From: a virus
Lineage: Duplodnaviria > Caudoviricetes
Strand: one strand, 5' to 3'
Length of the DNA: 42,145 nucleotides
Virus record (IMG/VR): IMGVR_UViG_3300024251_000018
Coordinates: 1-42,145 of that record
Shown here: positions 8,647 to 17,562 of the stretch, in pieces
Position numbering within the stretch: the first letter of the stretch is position 1
Layout of the letters: every line of letters begins with the position of its first letter
The notes under the pieces: generated by a model
The model's database searches: none
What the model was told of the DNA's origin: nothing
What the model saw: the letters and a program-made list of their open reading frames with translations, nothing else
Translations under genes and position numbers: made by a program

Positions 8647-9695
8647 TGACTACCACTCTGTTGACCTGACGGCGGAAAACCAAAACCAGCTTGGCGATTA
8701 ATCGGCAATTCGGCTTGGCGCAATCTGGATTGATTGTAGCGATAGAAAAGTTGTTCACGTTGCTGCGAAAGGCGCGCTGCGCTTTCGGCCGTCAGTGCGC
8801 GGCCATAGCGGGGATTAAGACGCATCGCCAACATGATGATAAAATAATCATCAAATTCTTCTGGAAACGGCATTTCCGCATCTTCATCCAACGGTTCAAT
8901 ACTAATCCAATTGCTTTGGTCTGAACGGTAAACCCATTGGCGACGCGATAAATCATCGTCCAAAAGAACAGAAGTTGCGCCATCAATCAGTCGTCCATTG
9001 CCCACAAGAGTTAGCGGACGTGTTGAGAAATTATTGCTCGCATCGATAGCGGAAAGCCGCTGTCCGTCTTGCGGTTGAGGATCAAGTTCGAATGATGTAG
9101 GCGCTAAAAGATTGCAAATAAGCCGCGATTGAGGTTGAACGGTAAATCCAGAACTATTTTGCGCAAAGCTAGACGGCTTCAAAATAACCGTTGTTTGCAC
9201 ACCACCTGTCATAAACGGTCCAGAGACAGTTGTATTCGAGGCAGTTTCAGAAAGATTAATCGCATTGCCAGCGGTGCCAGGAACTTGCGCGGTTAGCGTA
9301 ACAGTGCCAGTTACATTCACGCCAGTCACAAGATCGCTATCCAAACCTAAAGCCGTAACGAGATTTGCGCCGGTTGCGGTCGCATCGATGCCAATTGTAA
9401 CTTCAAACGGTACAGCGCGAGCCGCGCGAAATGTATAAACTTCATCGCCAATTGTCAGCGTTTGTGCAGCGGTCGGAATACCTGTAAAAAGCACCTGTCC
9501 GGTTGAAGCGGTAGCAGTGTTTGTTATATTCCAATCTTCAAGAATATAACCTATTTCATTACCCACAACAGATAGGATTAGCGAGTTTAGGCGCGTCAAT
9601 GCTTCGTCTGCTTCCGCTGGCGTCGGATTAGCGCCAATGGAAATGATATCGCTTTCCCGTAAGGATTGTGTAATTAGATCAGAGACAATCGTCAT
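8643..9695 (-). CDS. Head-to-tail adaptor (P22 gp4-like), paralogue 1, with an inserted domain of about 108 aa
   Basis: MTIVSDLITQSLRES..EALTRLNSLILS and MPFPEEFDDYFIIMLAMRLNPRYG; clear similarity to 7894..8646. Confidence 0.7.
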   Translation of the reverse strand: MTIVSDLITQSLRESDIISIGANPTPAEADEALTRLNSLILSVVGNEIGYILEDWNITNTATASTGQVLFTGIPTAAQTLTIGDEVYTFRAARAVPFEVTIGIDATATGANLVTALGLDSDLVTGVNVTGTVTLTAQVPGTAGNAINLSETASNTTVSGPFMTGGVQTTVILKPSSFAQNSSGFTVQPQSRLICNLLAPTSFELDPQPQDGQRLSAIDASNNFSTRPLTLVGNGRLIDGATSVLLDDDLSRRQWVYRSDQSNWISIEPLDEDAEMPFPEEFDDYFIIMLAMRLNPRYGRALTAESAARLSQQREQLFYRYNQSRLRQAELPINRQAGFGFPPSGQQSGSQ

Positions 9696-9704
9696 TTTAC
9701 AATC

Positions 9705-9908
9705 CTAATTAGCTAACGACATTTTAAAAACAGTGCCTATTGCAACAAACTGTGCTGGATTTTTAATTGTTAAATTTTGAGGAAAGTTTTCCCAACCGCC
9801 ATCTTGTTTGCCCAAAGTTAAACAGGTCTCTTTTCCTGGACCTTCTGTGCGCGCAATAACGACATATGAGCAATTAAATTGCATACTATCCTTAAATACT
9901 ATTAGCAA
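9705..9908 (-). CDS. Small hypothetical protein
   Basis: 67-aa ORF filling the gap in the late operon. Confidence 0.5.
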   Translation of the reverse strand: MLIVFKDSMQFNCSYVVIARTEGPGKETCLTLGKQDGGWENFPQNLTIKNPAQFVAIGTVFKMSLAN

Positions 9909-10524
9909 TCATCTTATTTGCAACATTAACGCCAACTAATTGATAAGCAGGAACTGTCAAATGAACTCCATCCGCTAAACATGATGTGCAAATGACTCTC
10001 GCTTGAATATCCTGCAAATCCTGTGCCGAACCATTGTTTAACGTGTTGACAATTGGAACAGGTGAAAAAGTCGGAACTTCTCTTGAAACCAATCCTGCGG
10101 CTATCGCTTCCATATCTAAAGTTGCTTGTGTTGGCGTTGACGAAACAGAAGGACCGCGAGGTACAGGTGGAAGATAAACAATATTAGCTATCCCGGTAAC
10201 TGCCAAAATCTGATCTACAAAACCTAAATAACTTGCAACTGAAATATAATCTGCGGCCGAACCATCCCACAATATTGTTGTCGTTATATGAGCTAAATTC
10301 GGATTAGCGGCTATTCTGGCTTCAATTTGGTCAATACTTGAACCGCCAACAGCGGTTGATAACAACCCTCTTGTTCCTCCTAGCGATTGCACTGTTTGCA
10401 AAAGCATTGGATATCCAGTACCTATTCCTGTTCCTATTGTTGAATAACTGTCACCTTCGGCTCTAATTGTCCTTAAATTTTGAGGCGTTGTTCTAAACAA
10501 TAAGCCTGAACCATCCAACGACAC
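9892..10524 (-). CDS. SGNH/GDSL hydrolase (esterase/deacetylase)
   Basis: Block I GDSYS, block II GGSS, block V DGVHL. Confidence 0.8.
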   Translation of the reverse strand: MSLDGSGLLFRTTPQNLRTIRAEGDSYSTIGTGIGTGYPMLLQTVQSLGGTRGLLSTAVGGSSIDQIEARIAANPNLAHITTTILWDGSAADYISVASYLGFVDQILAVTGIANIVYLPPVPRGPSVSSTPTQATLDMEAIAAGLVSREVPTFSPVPIVNTLNNGSAQDLQDIQARVICTSCLADGVHLTVPAYQLVGVNVANKMIANSI

Positions 10525-10533
10525 AAAGCAGCC

Positions 10534-11313
10534 TCATTGATAAAAAGTTATGACTGCGACACCTGCGACACCGTCGCCGCCCGCAGCATTTTGGCCACCA
10601 CCGCCTCCGGCAGCACCGTATTGACCAGCCGCCGCCGAAGTACCGGGCGAACCTGTGGCACCACCTATTCCGCCCCTACCGAACCAAGAGCCACCGCCGC
10701 CTCCTCCTCCAATATTAGCACCACCTGCAACCGTAAAAGTACTTGTAGCGCCATCAAGCCAATTGCGCCCAAAACCGCCGCCGCCTGAACCTGTGCCTGC
10801 ACCTGCACCACCGCATCCCCCGCAAAAAGAAACAGCACCTACAAGTGTAAGTGACCCCCCGTTAGCACCCGCCGCAGCCCCACCCGTCGCGCCGACTGCA
10901 TTGCTAGAAAAACAAGCGCCTGAATTTGCAGAATTGCCGCCATTAACAGCGCCGCCCGCTGTTGATGCGCCTGATCTAGTAGCGGTTGGCAGCGAAACGA
11001 GCGCACCTGAAATAGTTGTACCGCCGCCGACGGCGCCATCGGCGCCGATGGCGCCGCCTGTGCCTTTGGCACCAATTGTAACAACTAAAACCGAATTAGG
11101 CGTAACCGGAACATTATCAGCAAAAATAGTGCTACCACCAGTGCCACCGCCACCACCGCCGCCCGTTGCATGACCACCGCCGCCGCCGCCGCCGCCGCCG
11201 CAATATTTGACGGACATAGACGTTGCCCAAAAAGGCACCGTAACATTATTGCCACCAGCAGTTGTAACAATCACCGTTGACGATAAAAGAGCGGTTCCGC
11301 CTGACAAACCCAT
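10534..11313 (-). CDS. Glycine-rich tail fibre-like protein
   Basis: CGGGGGGGGG..YGAAGGGG..GGDGVAGVAVITF glycine-rich domain; start refined to ATG 11313. Confidence 0.7.
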   Translation of the reverse strand: MGLSGGTALLSSTVIVTTAGGNNVTVPFWATSMSVKYCGGGGGGGGGHATGGGGGGGTGGSTIFADNVPVTPNSVLVVTIGAKGTGGAIGADGAVGGGTTISGALVSLPTATRSGASTAGGAVNGGNSANSGACFSSNAVGATGGAAAGANGGSLTLVGAVSFCGGCGGAGAGTGSGGGGFGRNWLDGATSTFTVAGGANIGGGGGGGSWFGRGGIGGATGSPGTSAAAGQYGAAGGGGGQNAAGGDGVAGVAVITFYQ

Positions 11314-11315
11314 GT

Positions 11316-11879
11316 TTACCACTCCCTCGCCCAAAAAGCCTGCCCGGTAGTTGGACCAATCACAGATTGCGCATTCAAACTTACATAATCAGGCGTGTAC
11401 AACTGGCCAGGCGCAATTCTTAAAGAATTTTGATCCTGCGTTGCATTAGTCGTTCCAGCGCCGCCGCGCGAACGCACATAAATATAATCGGTCGATTGAT
11501 TTTGAATTGCCCAACCTTTACGCGTTGCATTTGCAGCAAGAAATTCTTGCGCAGTAGCTCCAAGCGTAATTGTTCCGCTACCGCTAGTCGCATCGCTAAT
11601 AACAGGTGACGTTGTAGCCGCAACTCTCAAATTACCAGCAGTATCAAGCGAAAGCGCCCTATTAGTGCCGTTAACATAAGCAGGTGCAGCAGTTGTTACC
11701 GCGCCATTTGCAAGCGTTCCTCCACCTGTGCTTGAACCGACAACAACAAGAGCTTGTGCGCTTACCGCTCCAGGTTCAGCTTGCGATGCCGCATTAATAT
11801 TAACATTCTGAACAGCAACTAAACCGTTTCTAAGAATGTCTTTTGTGCCATAAGTTGACGTTGTAGGATCAATCGCCAT
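11316..11879 (-). CDS. Hypothetical virion protein
   Basis: 187 aa, Thr/Ala/Gly-rich; C-terminal ANATRKGWAIQNQS..LRIAPG beta domain; late operon. Confidence 0.6.
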   Translation of the reverse strand: MAIDPTTSTYGTKDILRNGLVAVQNVNINAASQAEPGAVSAQALVVVGSSTGGGTLANGAVTTAAPAYVNGTNRALSLDTAGNLRVAATTSPVISDATSGSGTITLGATAQEFLAANATRKGWAIQNQSTDYIYVRSRGGAGTTNATQDQNSLRIAPGQLYTPDYVSLNAQSVIGPTTGQAFWAREW

Positions 11880-12486
11880 TGTTCTGCGCCTTTACAAAAT
11901 CAGAAAAACGACCTTTCCAAGCGAACGGTCCAATGTGCACAAATTCGATATCTGTCCGCGCTACAACCGATAGACCGCATTGTTTAGCTCGATTGCAAAA
12001 AGCCAAATCTTCGCCCCATTCGTCACCATTTTCAGCATACATTGGCGCAAACGGCTTAGGAAAATCTGCCAATATACGATGGACTGCCCGTCGAGTAACT
12101 TTCATAAACCCTGTGGGCAGTCCATCAACCGCATAAAAAGGCTGGTCCAACACTTCCCCTTGGAACGGCCAATGCGGTTTATCAGACTTCGAAGGATACA
12201 AACCCCCAACTATATCCCCATCAGTCTCCAGTAACTTGCGTAAACCACCTTCCTCCCAACCCATGTCAGCATCAATGAAAACCAACACTTCATGCTTGGA
12301 TTGCAAAAAGGCGTCTATTGCATGATGTCGTGCAAAATGGATCAAAGTGTCAGATTTGAACCACGGCTTTTCAATATACCATCCGTTTGCCGCACAATCG
12401 ATAAAATCGCGCATTAAACTTGTGACATATTCCGTTACAACATCGCCCCTATATGTAGGGGTTGCAATAAACGCCCTTCTACTCAT
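11869..12486 (-). CDS. Glycosyltransferase (GT-A / GT2-like)
   Basis: FIATPTY, FIDADM (DxD motif), GLPTGFM, GEDLAFC, FVHIG. Confidence 0.8.
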   Translation of the reverse strand: MSRRAFIATPTYRGDVVTEYVTSLMRDFIDCAANGWYIEKPWFKSDTLIHFARHHAIDAFLQSKHEVLVFIDADMGWEEGGLRKLLETDGDIVGGLYPSKSDKPHWPFQGEVLDQPFYAVDGLPTGFMKVTRRAVHRILADFPKPFAPMYAENGDEWGEDLAFCNRAKQCGLSVVARTDIEFVHIGPFAWKGRFSDFVKAQNNGD

Positions 12487-12743
12487 TAAATGCCCACAGT
12501 GGCAGCGGTAGTCGTCACAATGCCAGCCGACTGTAGCGCCGAATACATCGCATTAACCGCCGCAACAATCGCATCGCCCTGAGCAGCCGTCGCAAAGCCA
12601 AATGGCGTTGTGGACGTTGAAGCAGTTGTAATGACGCCGGTTGTGATAACCGTCATATTCTTAGGCTGTAGGACTTTTGCGCCCGCCCCATCGTCAAACA
12701 CCTTAGGCGGCGACGTTGGAAACGCATTTGAAGGATTAGCCAT
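12486..12743 (-). CDS. Small Thr/Ala-rich protein, possible capsid decoration or head fibre
   Basis: Directly after the coat gene; GGAG RBS; 85 aa. Confidence 0.55.
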   Translation of the reverse strand: MANPSNAFPTSPPKVFDDGAGAKVLQPKNMTVITTGVITTASTSTTPFGFATAAQGDAIVAAVNAMYSALQSAGIVTTTAATVGI

Positions 12744-12769
12744 CTTATTTCACTCCAATTCAAATAGGT

Positions 12770-14008
12770 TTACGCCGTACCGCTAATGCTAGTGCCCATG
12801 CGCCTATCGGCATTCTTGACGCCATAAATCACATCCCAACGATGAAGATGTTCGTCGTTGATAATGTCACTTTCGCGCCAATAACGGATAGTGATACCAG
12901 TATCGGGATCGCTCGCATAAGCAGTCTGACCGCTAAACGGCATAGTCGGCTTTGCCCAAACTAGCTTAAGACTATCGCCAACAAACTGCGAATTGCGCAA
13001 ATAGGTGGTCGAAGCCGTACCTAGCCAAGTAATAGACGCACTATCATCCGGCGCGGCTGTCACAGTCTGGTAAGGCCCGCTAGTGATAATTGGATTAGCA
13101 ATCGTCACAGTGGCAGTTGTACCTACAACAGTAACATCAGCCAACACGACAAACTGCGCGGCAATGCCAGTGTCAACTTTCGAACGAGGATTAACAAAAT
13201 TAACCGCCGTTCCGCTGACAATAGAGAAAATGTCGCCTTTCTTGATCGTATGACCATTCGTAAGGCCCTTAATCAAGAAAGTCTGCGTATAGCCGTCAGC
13301 AACCGACGCATAAGTAACATTCTGATTTGCACCATTAACCTGCGATGCACCCGATGCAGTACGCGAACCTGCCGTAAAATACGGCACATTCTGCGTCATA
13401 TACGCATCCGCACCCATCAACATCGGCAACTTGGCACGACGCAATGCAGACAGGTTCGTATCGTTGTCATTGAAAGCTGGCGTAGTGAAGAACGAAACCA
13501 TTGCGCCATAATCATTAGGCGACAAAATCGCGGAACGATCATTCTGCGGAACAGCAAGGTTGTTCAACTGCGTAATACCGATATTGAAATCGGAAGGGCT
13601 ATTGATAAGATTGCCGGGCGTGCCAACCCATGAAGGATATTCGAGCGTAAGCTGCGCAAGGTCATAGTCAATCTGCTGCGCAAGCTGCGCAGACTTGGAA
13701 ACCATGATATTGCTGCGTAAAAGGTCAGTTACTGACAATGCTTCCTGCAAGTCAGTAAACTTAATGTCGATACCTTTTTGCTTGTCAATCGTGACAGGAA
13801 CGCGACCTTCAATCACGTCCTGCATTTGGGCAATAGCGCCGGAGCGAATTGCAAAATTCACGTCACGCTTGACGTAAATTGTATCGCCAACCTGATTGAA
13901 CATCTTGGTCAGCGAACTATCAACCAATCGACCTAGGACAAGATTATTCTTGAGCAAAGCAAGAGCAGTCTTGGCATAGACCAATGGCGTAAGAAGTGCA
14001 TTAGCCAT
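12770..14008 (-). CDS. Major capsid protein (P22 coat family)
   Basis: MANALLTP..LKNNLV, GDTIYVK, LAQQIDYDL and RWDVIYG are typical of P22-coat-like proteins; follows the scaffold gene. Confidence 0.88.
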   Translation of the reverse strand: MANALLTPLVYAKTALALLKNNLVLGRLVDSSLTKMFNQVGDTIYVKRDVNFAIRSGAIAQMQDVIEGRVPVTIDKQKGIDIKFTDLQEALSVTDLLRSNIMVSKSAQLAQQIDYDLAQLTLEYPSWVGTPGNLINSPSDFNIGITQLNNLAVPQNDRSAILSPNDYGAMVSFFTTPAFNDNDTNLSALRRAKLPMLMGADAYMTQNVPYFTAGSRTASGASQVNGANQNVTYASVADGYTQTFLIKGLTNGHTIKKGDIFSIVSGTAVNFVNPRSKVDTGIAAQFVVLADVTVVGTTATVTIANPIITSGPYQTVTAAPDDSASITWLGTASTTYLRNSQFVGDSLKLVWAKPTMPFSGQTAYASDPDTGITIRYWRESDIINDEHLHRWDVIYGVKNADRRMGTSISGTA

Positions 14009-14023
14009 GTTACATTTTCCGCA

Positions 14024-14935
14024 TTATCTGCGGCGGTTCATCTGTCCTGCGGCCCACTTTTCAAAATCTGCGAAAGAGGCTGTCTCGGGGTCAAATCCCC
14101 CAATCTTTCCTCCCCCTTTGGCAGTTCGCTTAGGAGGCGGCGGCACATCAGATACCACCTTGGGTTTAACAACGGGAGCGTCCTCTAGGGTCAACTCCAA
14201 TTTGCCAATTTCCCTTGCCAGCGAGCGAAAAGGTAGTGCCGATAAACGGCGCGCCTCAGCAGGGTTTGAAGCGAGATAATAAGCGATATCGTCGCCCTTC
14301 TCGCTATCAATAATTTGCAGGGCTAAATCCTGCGAGCAATCCCATGAACCGGAGTTCGCGCCTTCAATGACTTTTGCATCAAAGTCGGCGTAATTGAGCC
14401 TCCCCCTGCTAATCGTCGCTTCCATAGCGCCTTGCAAGGCTTGGTTGTGGTCAGCTTGTGCCCTATTAACCCTTTCTTCGTCAAGAGCCTTTTTTGCTTC
14501 GAAACGAGTTAAATCGCGAATATATTTAGGGTCGGCTTCGCCATAGTCATAAGTCGCGGCATCCGGTTCATTTTCCTGTGTACCCACAGGTTGAGCGGCG
14601 CGCTGTGCTTCCTGGGCCTTGTTGCGCCAATATTCCGCTTGCCGTTCAGCTTCACGCCTTGCGGCGGTAAGTTCGTTTATCCGGCTCTTGGCGGTTTTCT
14701 TGGGCTTTTCGGCGCTGTCATCTTCGTCATCGGCTTCTTCGGCGTCATCATCGCCGTTTTCATCGGGTTCTTTGGCCGTGTCGTCGGTATCATCGTCATT
14801 TTCTTCATTGACGGGCTCCTTTGCATCTGGATCGATAACAGGTTCCTTGTCAGGATCGCCTTGGCTTCCGCCTTCACCGCTGTATTTTTCAACTTCGGCG
14901 TTCAAATCAAGTTCAGTGTTAATCGGATTGGCCAT
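14024..14935 (-). CDS. Scaffolding protein
   Basis: Start refined to MANPINTE (14935); acidic N-terminus; RINELTAARREAER and IAYYLASNPAEARRL motifs; between portal and coat. Confidence 0.8.
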   Translation of the reverse strand: MANPINTELDLNAEVEKYSGEGGSQGDPDKEPVIDPDAKEPVNEENDDDTDDTAKEPDENGDDDAEEADDEDDSAEKPKKTAKSRINELTAARREAERQAEYWRNKAQEAQRAAQPVGTQENEPDAATYDYGEADPKYIRDLTRFEAKKALDEERVNRAQADHNQALQGAMEATISRGRLNYADFDAKVIEGANSGSWDCSQDLALQIIDSEKGDDIAYYLASNPAEARRLSALPFRSLAREIGKLELTLEDAPVVKPKVVSDVPPPPKRTAKGGGKIGGFDPETASFADFEKWAAGQMNRRR

Positions 14936-17132
14936 TGTCACTCTCATTCGCGCCGTTTGCTCCATCTTCCCCATCCGGCGACACAGGGGGAGAAAGTGTA
15001 TTGAGTGCATTTGCACGGTCAATATGCGTCTTATCTTGAGCATGATCGACTTCATGCAAAGCCTTAGCCGCTTTAGCGTGAGCCTCAACAATTTCCGCAG
15101 GCGCTTTCATTGCGCCTGTTTCAGCATTGAGTGCGTCAACTGATGCGTTATATCCAGCAATTGCAGCTTGCGCCTCAGCCAAATTAGCTTGAGCATTGGT
15201 CAAACGAATTTTAGCTTCGCTTTCGGCCGTTTCGTTTTCAGCATCAATTGTAGCTTTATGAACATCAGCCTCGGCCTTAGCAACTTGTGCGTTTTTAAGG
15301 CGCATTTCAAGTTGAATGCCCATCATTTGAATTTGCTTTTGCTGGTCAGCTTCCTGAGAGGCTTGCTGCATTTGCTGCTGTTGTTCTGGCGTCGGTTCTT
15401 CGCCAATATTGGCAATTTGGGGAGGCATCATTGCTTTGAAACGGTCAGCTAGAAGCTGGGCATCTGGCATATCTTGCGCCATTACAAGTAAATCAGCAAT
15501 CGCCGGTATATATTGTTGCGGCAAAGAACGTACTAATTCGGTTAAAAATTCAGACGATTGCATCCGTTTAGTTGTATAACTAGGACCAGTATCGACAACA
15601 ATATCGTAATTACCAATAGACAAATCCGGCGATTTTTCGTCATTAGGATTGTTAATTTGCAACGATTTAGTTTCGCCATCTTCGCCTAAAACGCGAATTG
15701 TTCGCATTGTATCATAACAAAAGCCAATTAGATCATTGACCACACGTCCGCATTCGGCAATTCCAGCATTAAGATTGTCATGATACATGACCGTAGCCAC
15801 GTCACCCTCTTGCTGGCGCGCCATGATCGCCTTGCCGCTAGTCTCATTGGAGCGAATGCCGAGCGAGGCGTCCTGTAGCCCGCTGGCGTCCTTCATGCCT
15901 TGCTGTTGAGCCTGTGACCAGACCAGGAAGGCTTGAGGGAACGGCGGAGGGTCAACACGCTGGATCATGCCGCCTTGGTTGAAAACCAAAAGCGGATCGC
16001 CGTTCAAATGCGCCGCGCGGAACTTATCTTCGCGACCTTCCGCCGCAATTTCATCCGCCAACCATTGCGCGCGCGGTGCCATGCTCAAAAATTCAGCAAT
16101 CTGGCTATCAGCGTAATTCTTAAGTCGCTGTTGATCCTTGATAAATCTAACCAAGCCAAACCGAACGCGATTGTTACTAACAAAAACTTCGCGGCCAGTT
16201 ACACGAAATACCGGAACGCGATCAATCGGAAGTTTGTAAGGTCCGTCAAGAATAGCATTGCCGCTAATCAAATACATAATCGCGAATTTGCGCTTAGTCT
16301 TACGAACCTTTATCGGTTCTTCTGTGGGAATACTATCAAGATAACGTGTTGAACCGTCCTGAAATAATCCAACAACAGCATCTTCCTCGTGAACTTGCCA
16401 AAATTCGCTAATTCTAACAGTCTCGCCGCTATACCAGCCCTCAATATCTTGAACTGGCAATTCGTCACCAACCGGAGAAATCAACGCTTCCGGCCATTCT
16501 TTCTCAAACTCGCGACGGCTAATCAAATCGTCAACAAAACAATAGTTCGCATCCTTACCTGTAACATCAATAGCGCCAGGGTCCCAAATAACCGCCAAAG
16601 CGTTTGGGATTTCACGAATGAAAATATCTTGGTCGAAAACTTGCTTGCTTGCGTAATCAAGTGCAACCTTAAAATTACCAATACCGCAAGTAACCTGATT
16701 TGTGCCAGCACGAACATAAATGCGGGCTGCATCTGATTGATTTTCAATTGCGCGGATTAATCCTTCGCGAATGTCAGCAATGTCTTTATCGCCATCTTCC
16801 GCAGCGCGAACCTTAATTGACGTTTTATTAATCGTCATGTCGCCGACGACTTGCCCTATAAACTGCGGCAAAACGTTCGTTACAAGGCAAGGGCGACCTT
16901 GCGCACGGCGGGAAGCACGAACCTGTTCATCCCATTGCATACCGTCAAAATCGGCAACAAATTGAAGGTCGTCTAGCGCAGCATAGCGATTGAGCCGGTC
17001 AGCATCCAAGGCATCCTGGCGCAGCTTCAATATGTGTTGATGGAAATCGTCCGCGCCTTCAAAATCGTCAGGAAACCAACGATCCTGTTCGGAAACATCG
17101 TCTATTTCACCGGTAAAAGGTTTGGTTGCCAT
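14919..17132 (-). CDS. Portal protein (P22-like)
   Basis: 737 aa; QWDEQVR..GRPCLVTNVL, SNETSGKAIMARQ, YDIVVDTGPSYTTKR; Gln-rich C-terminal coiled coil. Confidence 0.92.
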   Translation of the reverse strand: MATKPFTGEIDDVSEQDRWFPDDFEGADDFHQHILKLRQDALDADRLNRYAALDDLQFVADFDGMQWDEQVRASRRAQGRPCLVTNVLPQFIGQVVGDMTINKTSIKVRAAEDGDKDIADIREGLIRAIENQSDAARIYVRAGTNQVTCGIGNFKVALDYASKQVFDQDIFIREIPNALAVIWDPGAIDVTGKDANYCFVDDLISRREFEKEWPEALISPVGDELPVQDIEGWYSGETVRISEFWQVHEEDAVVGLFQDGSTRYLDSIPTEEPIKVRKTKRKFAIMYLISGNAILDGPYKLPIDRVPVFRVTGREVFVSNNRVRFGLVRFIKDQQRLKNYADSQIAEFLSMAPRAQWLADEIAAEGREDKFRAAHLNGDPLLVFNQGGMIQRVDPPPFPQAFLVWSQAQQQGMKDASGLQDASLGIRSNETSGKAIMARQQEGDVATVMYHDNLNAGIAECGRVVNDLIGFCYDTMRTIRVLGEDGETKSLQINNPNDEKSPDLSIGNYDIVVDTGPSYTTKRMQSSEFLTELVRSLPQQYIPAIADLLVMAQDMPDAQLLADRFKAMMPPQIANIGEEPTPEQQQQMQQASQEADQQKQIQMMGIQLEMRLKNAQVAKAEADVHKATIDAENETAESEAKIRLTNAQANLAEAQAAIAGYNASVDALNAETGAMKAPAEIVEAHAKAAKALHEVDHAQDKTHIDRANALNTLSPPVSPDGEDGANGANESDNGQSD

Positions 17133-17170
17133 GATTGGTTAATATCTGCCCACATGAGGCTTGGCAAGCC

Positions 17171-17329
17171 TCATTCTGCGGCGCTGTGCTGTGCTGTCGC
17201 GTCGGCTAGCAACGTTTCCAGCCGGTCAATCTCAGCCTCCAGCGCGGGCACATTCTCGCGAAAAGCCATTGAACCGCGTCTAGCGGCAAGTTTGCGCTTT
17301 AGGTCGGTTATGCGATTTTCCATGCTCAT
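17171..17329 (-). CDS. Small hypothetical protein (52 aa, coiled-coil)
   Basis: My translation MSMENRITDLKRKLAARRG..SAAE; fills the gap; not in the ORF track. Confidence 0.5.
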   Translation of the reverse strand: MSMENRITDLKRKLAARRGSMAFRENVPALEAEIDRLETLLADATAQHSAAE

Positions 17330-17340
17330 TTGCAAATAAT

Positions 17341-17562
17341 TCATTCGCTAACAACCTTAAATAATTCTAGTTTTGCAGTTTCAAAAAGCCAAAGTTGAAA
17401 ACCACCGTCTGCTTTATTAGATGCAAAATAAAAGTTGCCTTCTTTATCGTAACCGACAATAGTTATATCTTGTAAATCAGCATCAATAGCACCTTTTATA
17501 ATACGTTCGACCGGAACATCTAAAGTTGTTATAAATTTGCCAATTACAACATTATTGGTCAT
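17341..17562 (-). CDS. Hypothetical protein
   Basis: ATGA overlap with the TerL stop; begins MTNNVVIGKF. Confidence 0.65.
   Translation of the reverse strand: MTNNVVIGKFITTLDVPVERIIKGAIDADLQDITIVGYDKEGNFYFASNKADGGFQLWLFETAKLELFKVVSE

Noticed and set aside
10655-11173. Pro-rich plus-strand ORF (and similar ORFs at 25052 and 25059)
   Set aside because: Antisense or shifted-frame shadows of Gly-rich and Ala-rich genes.
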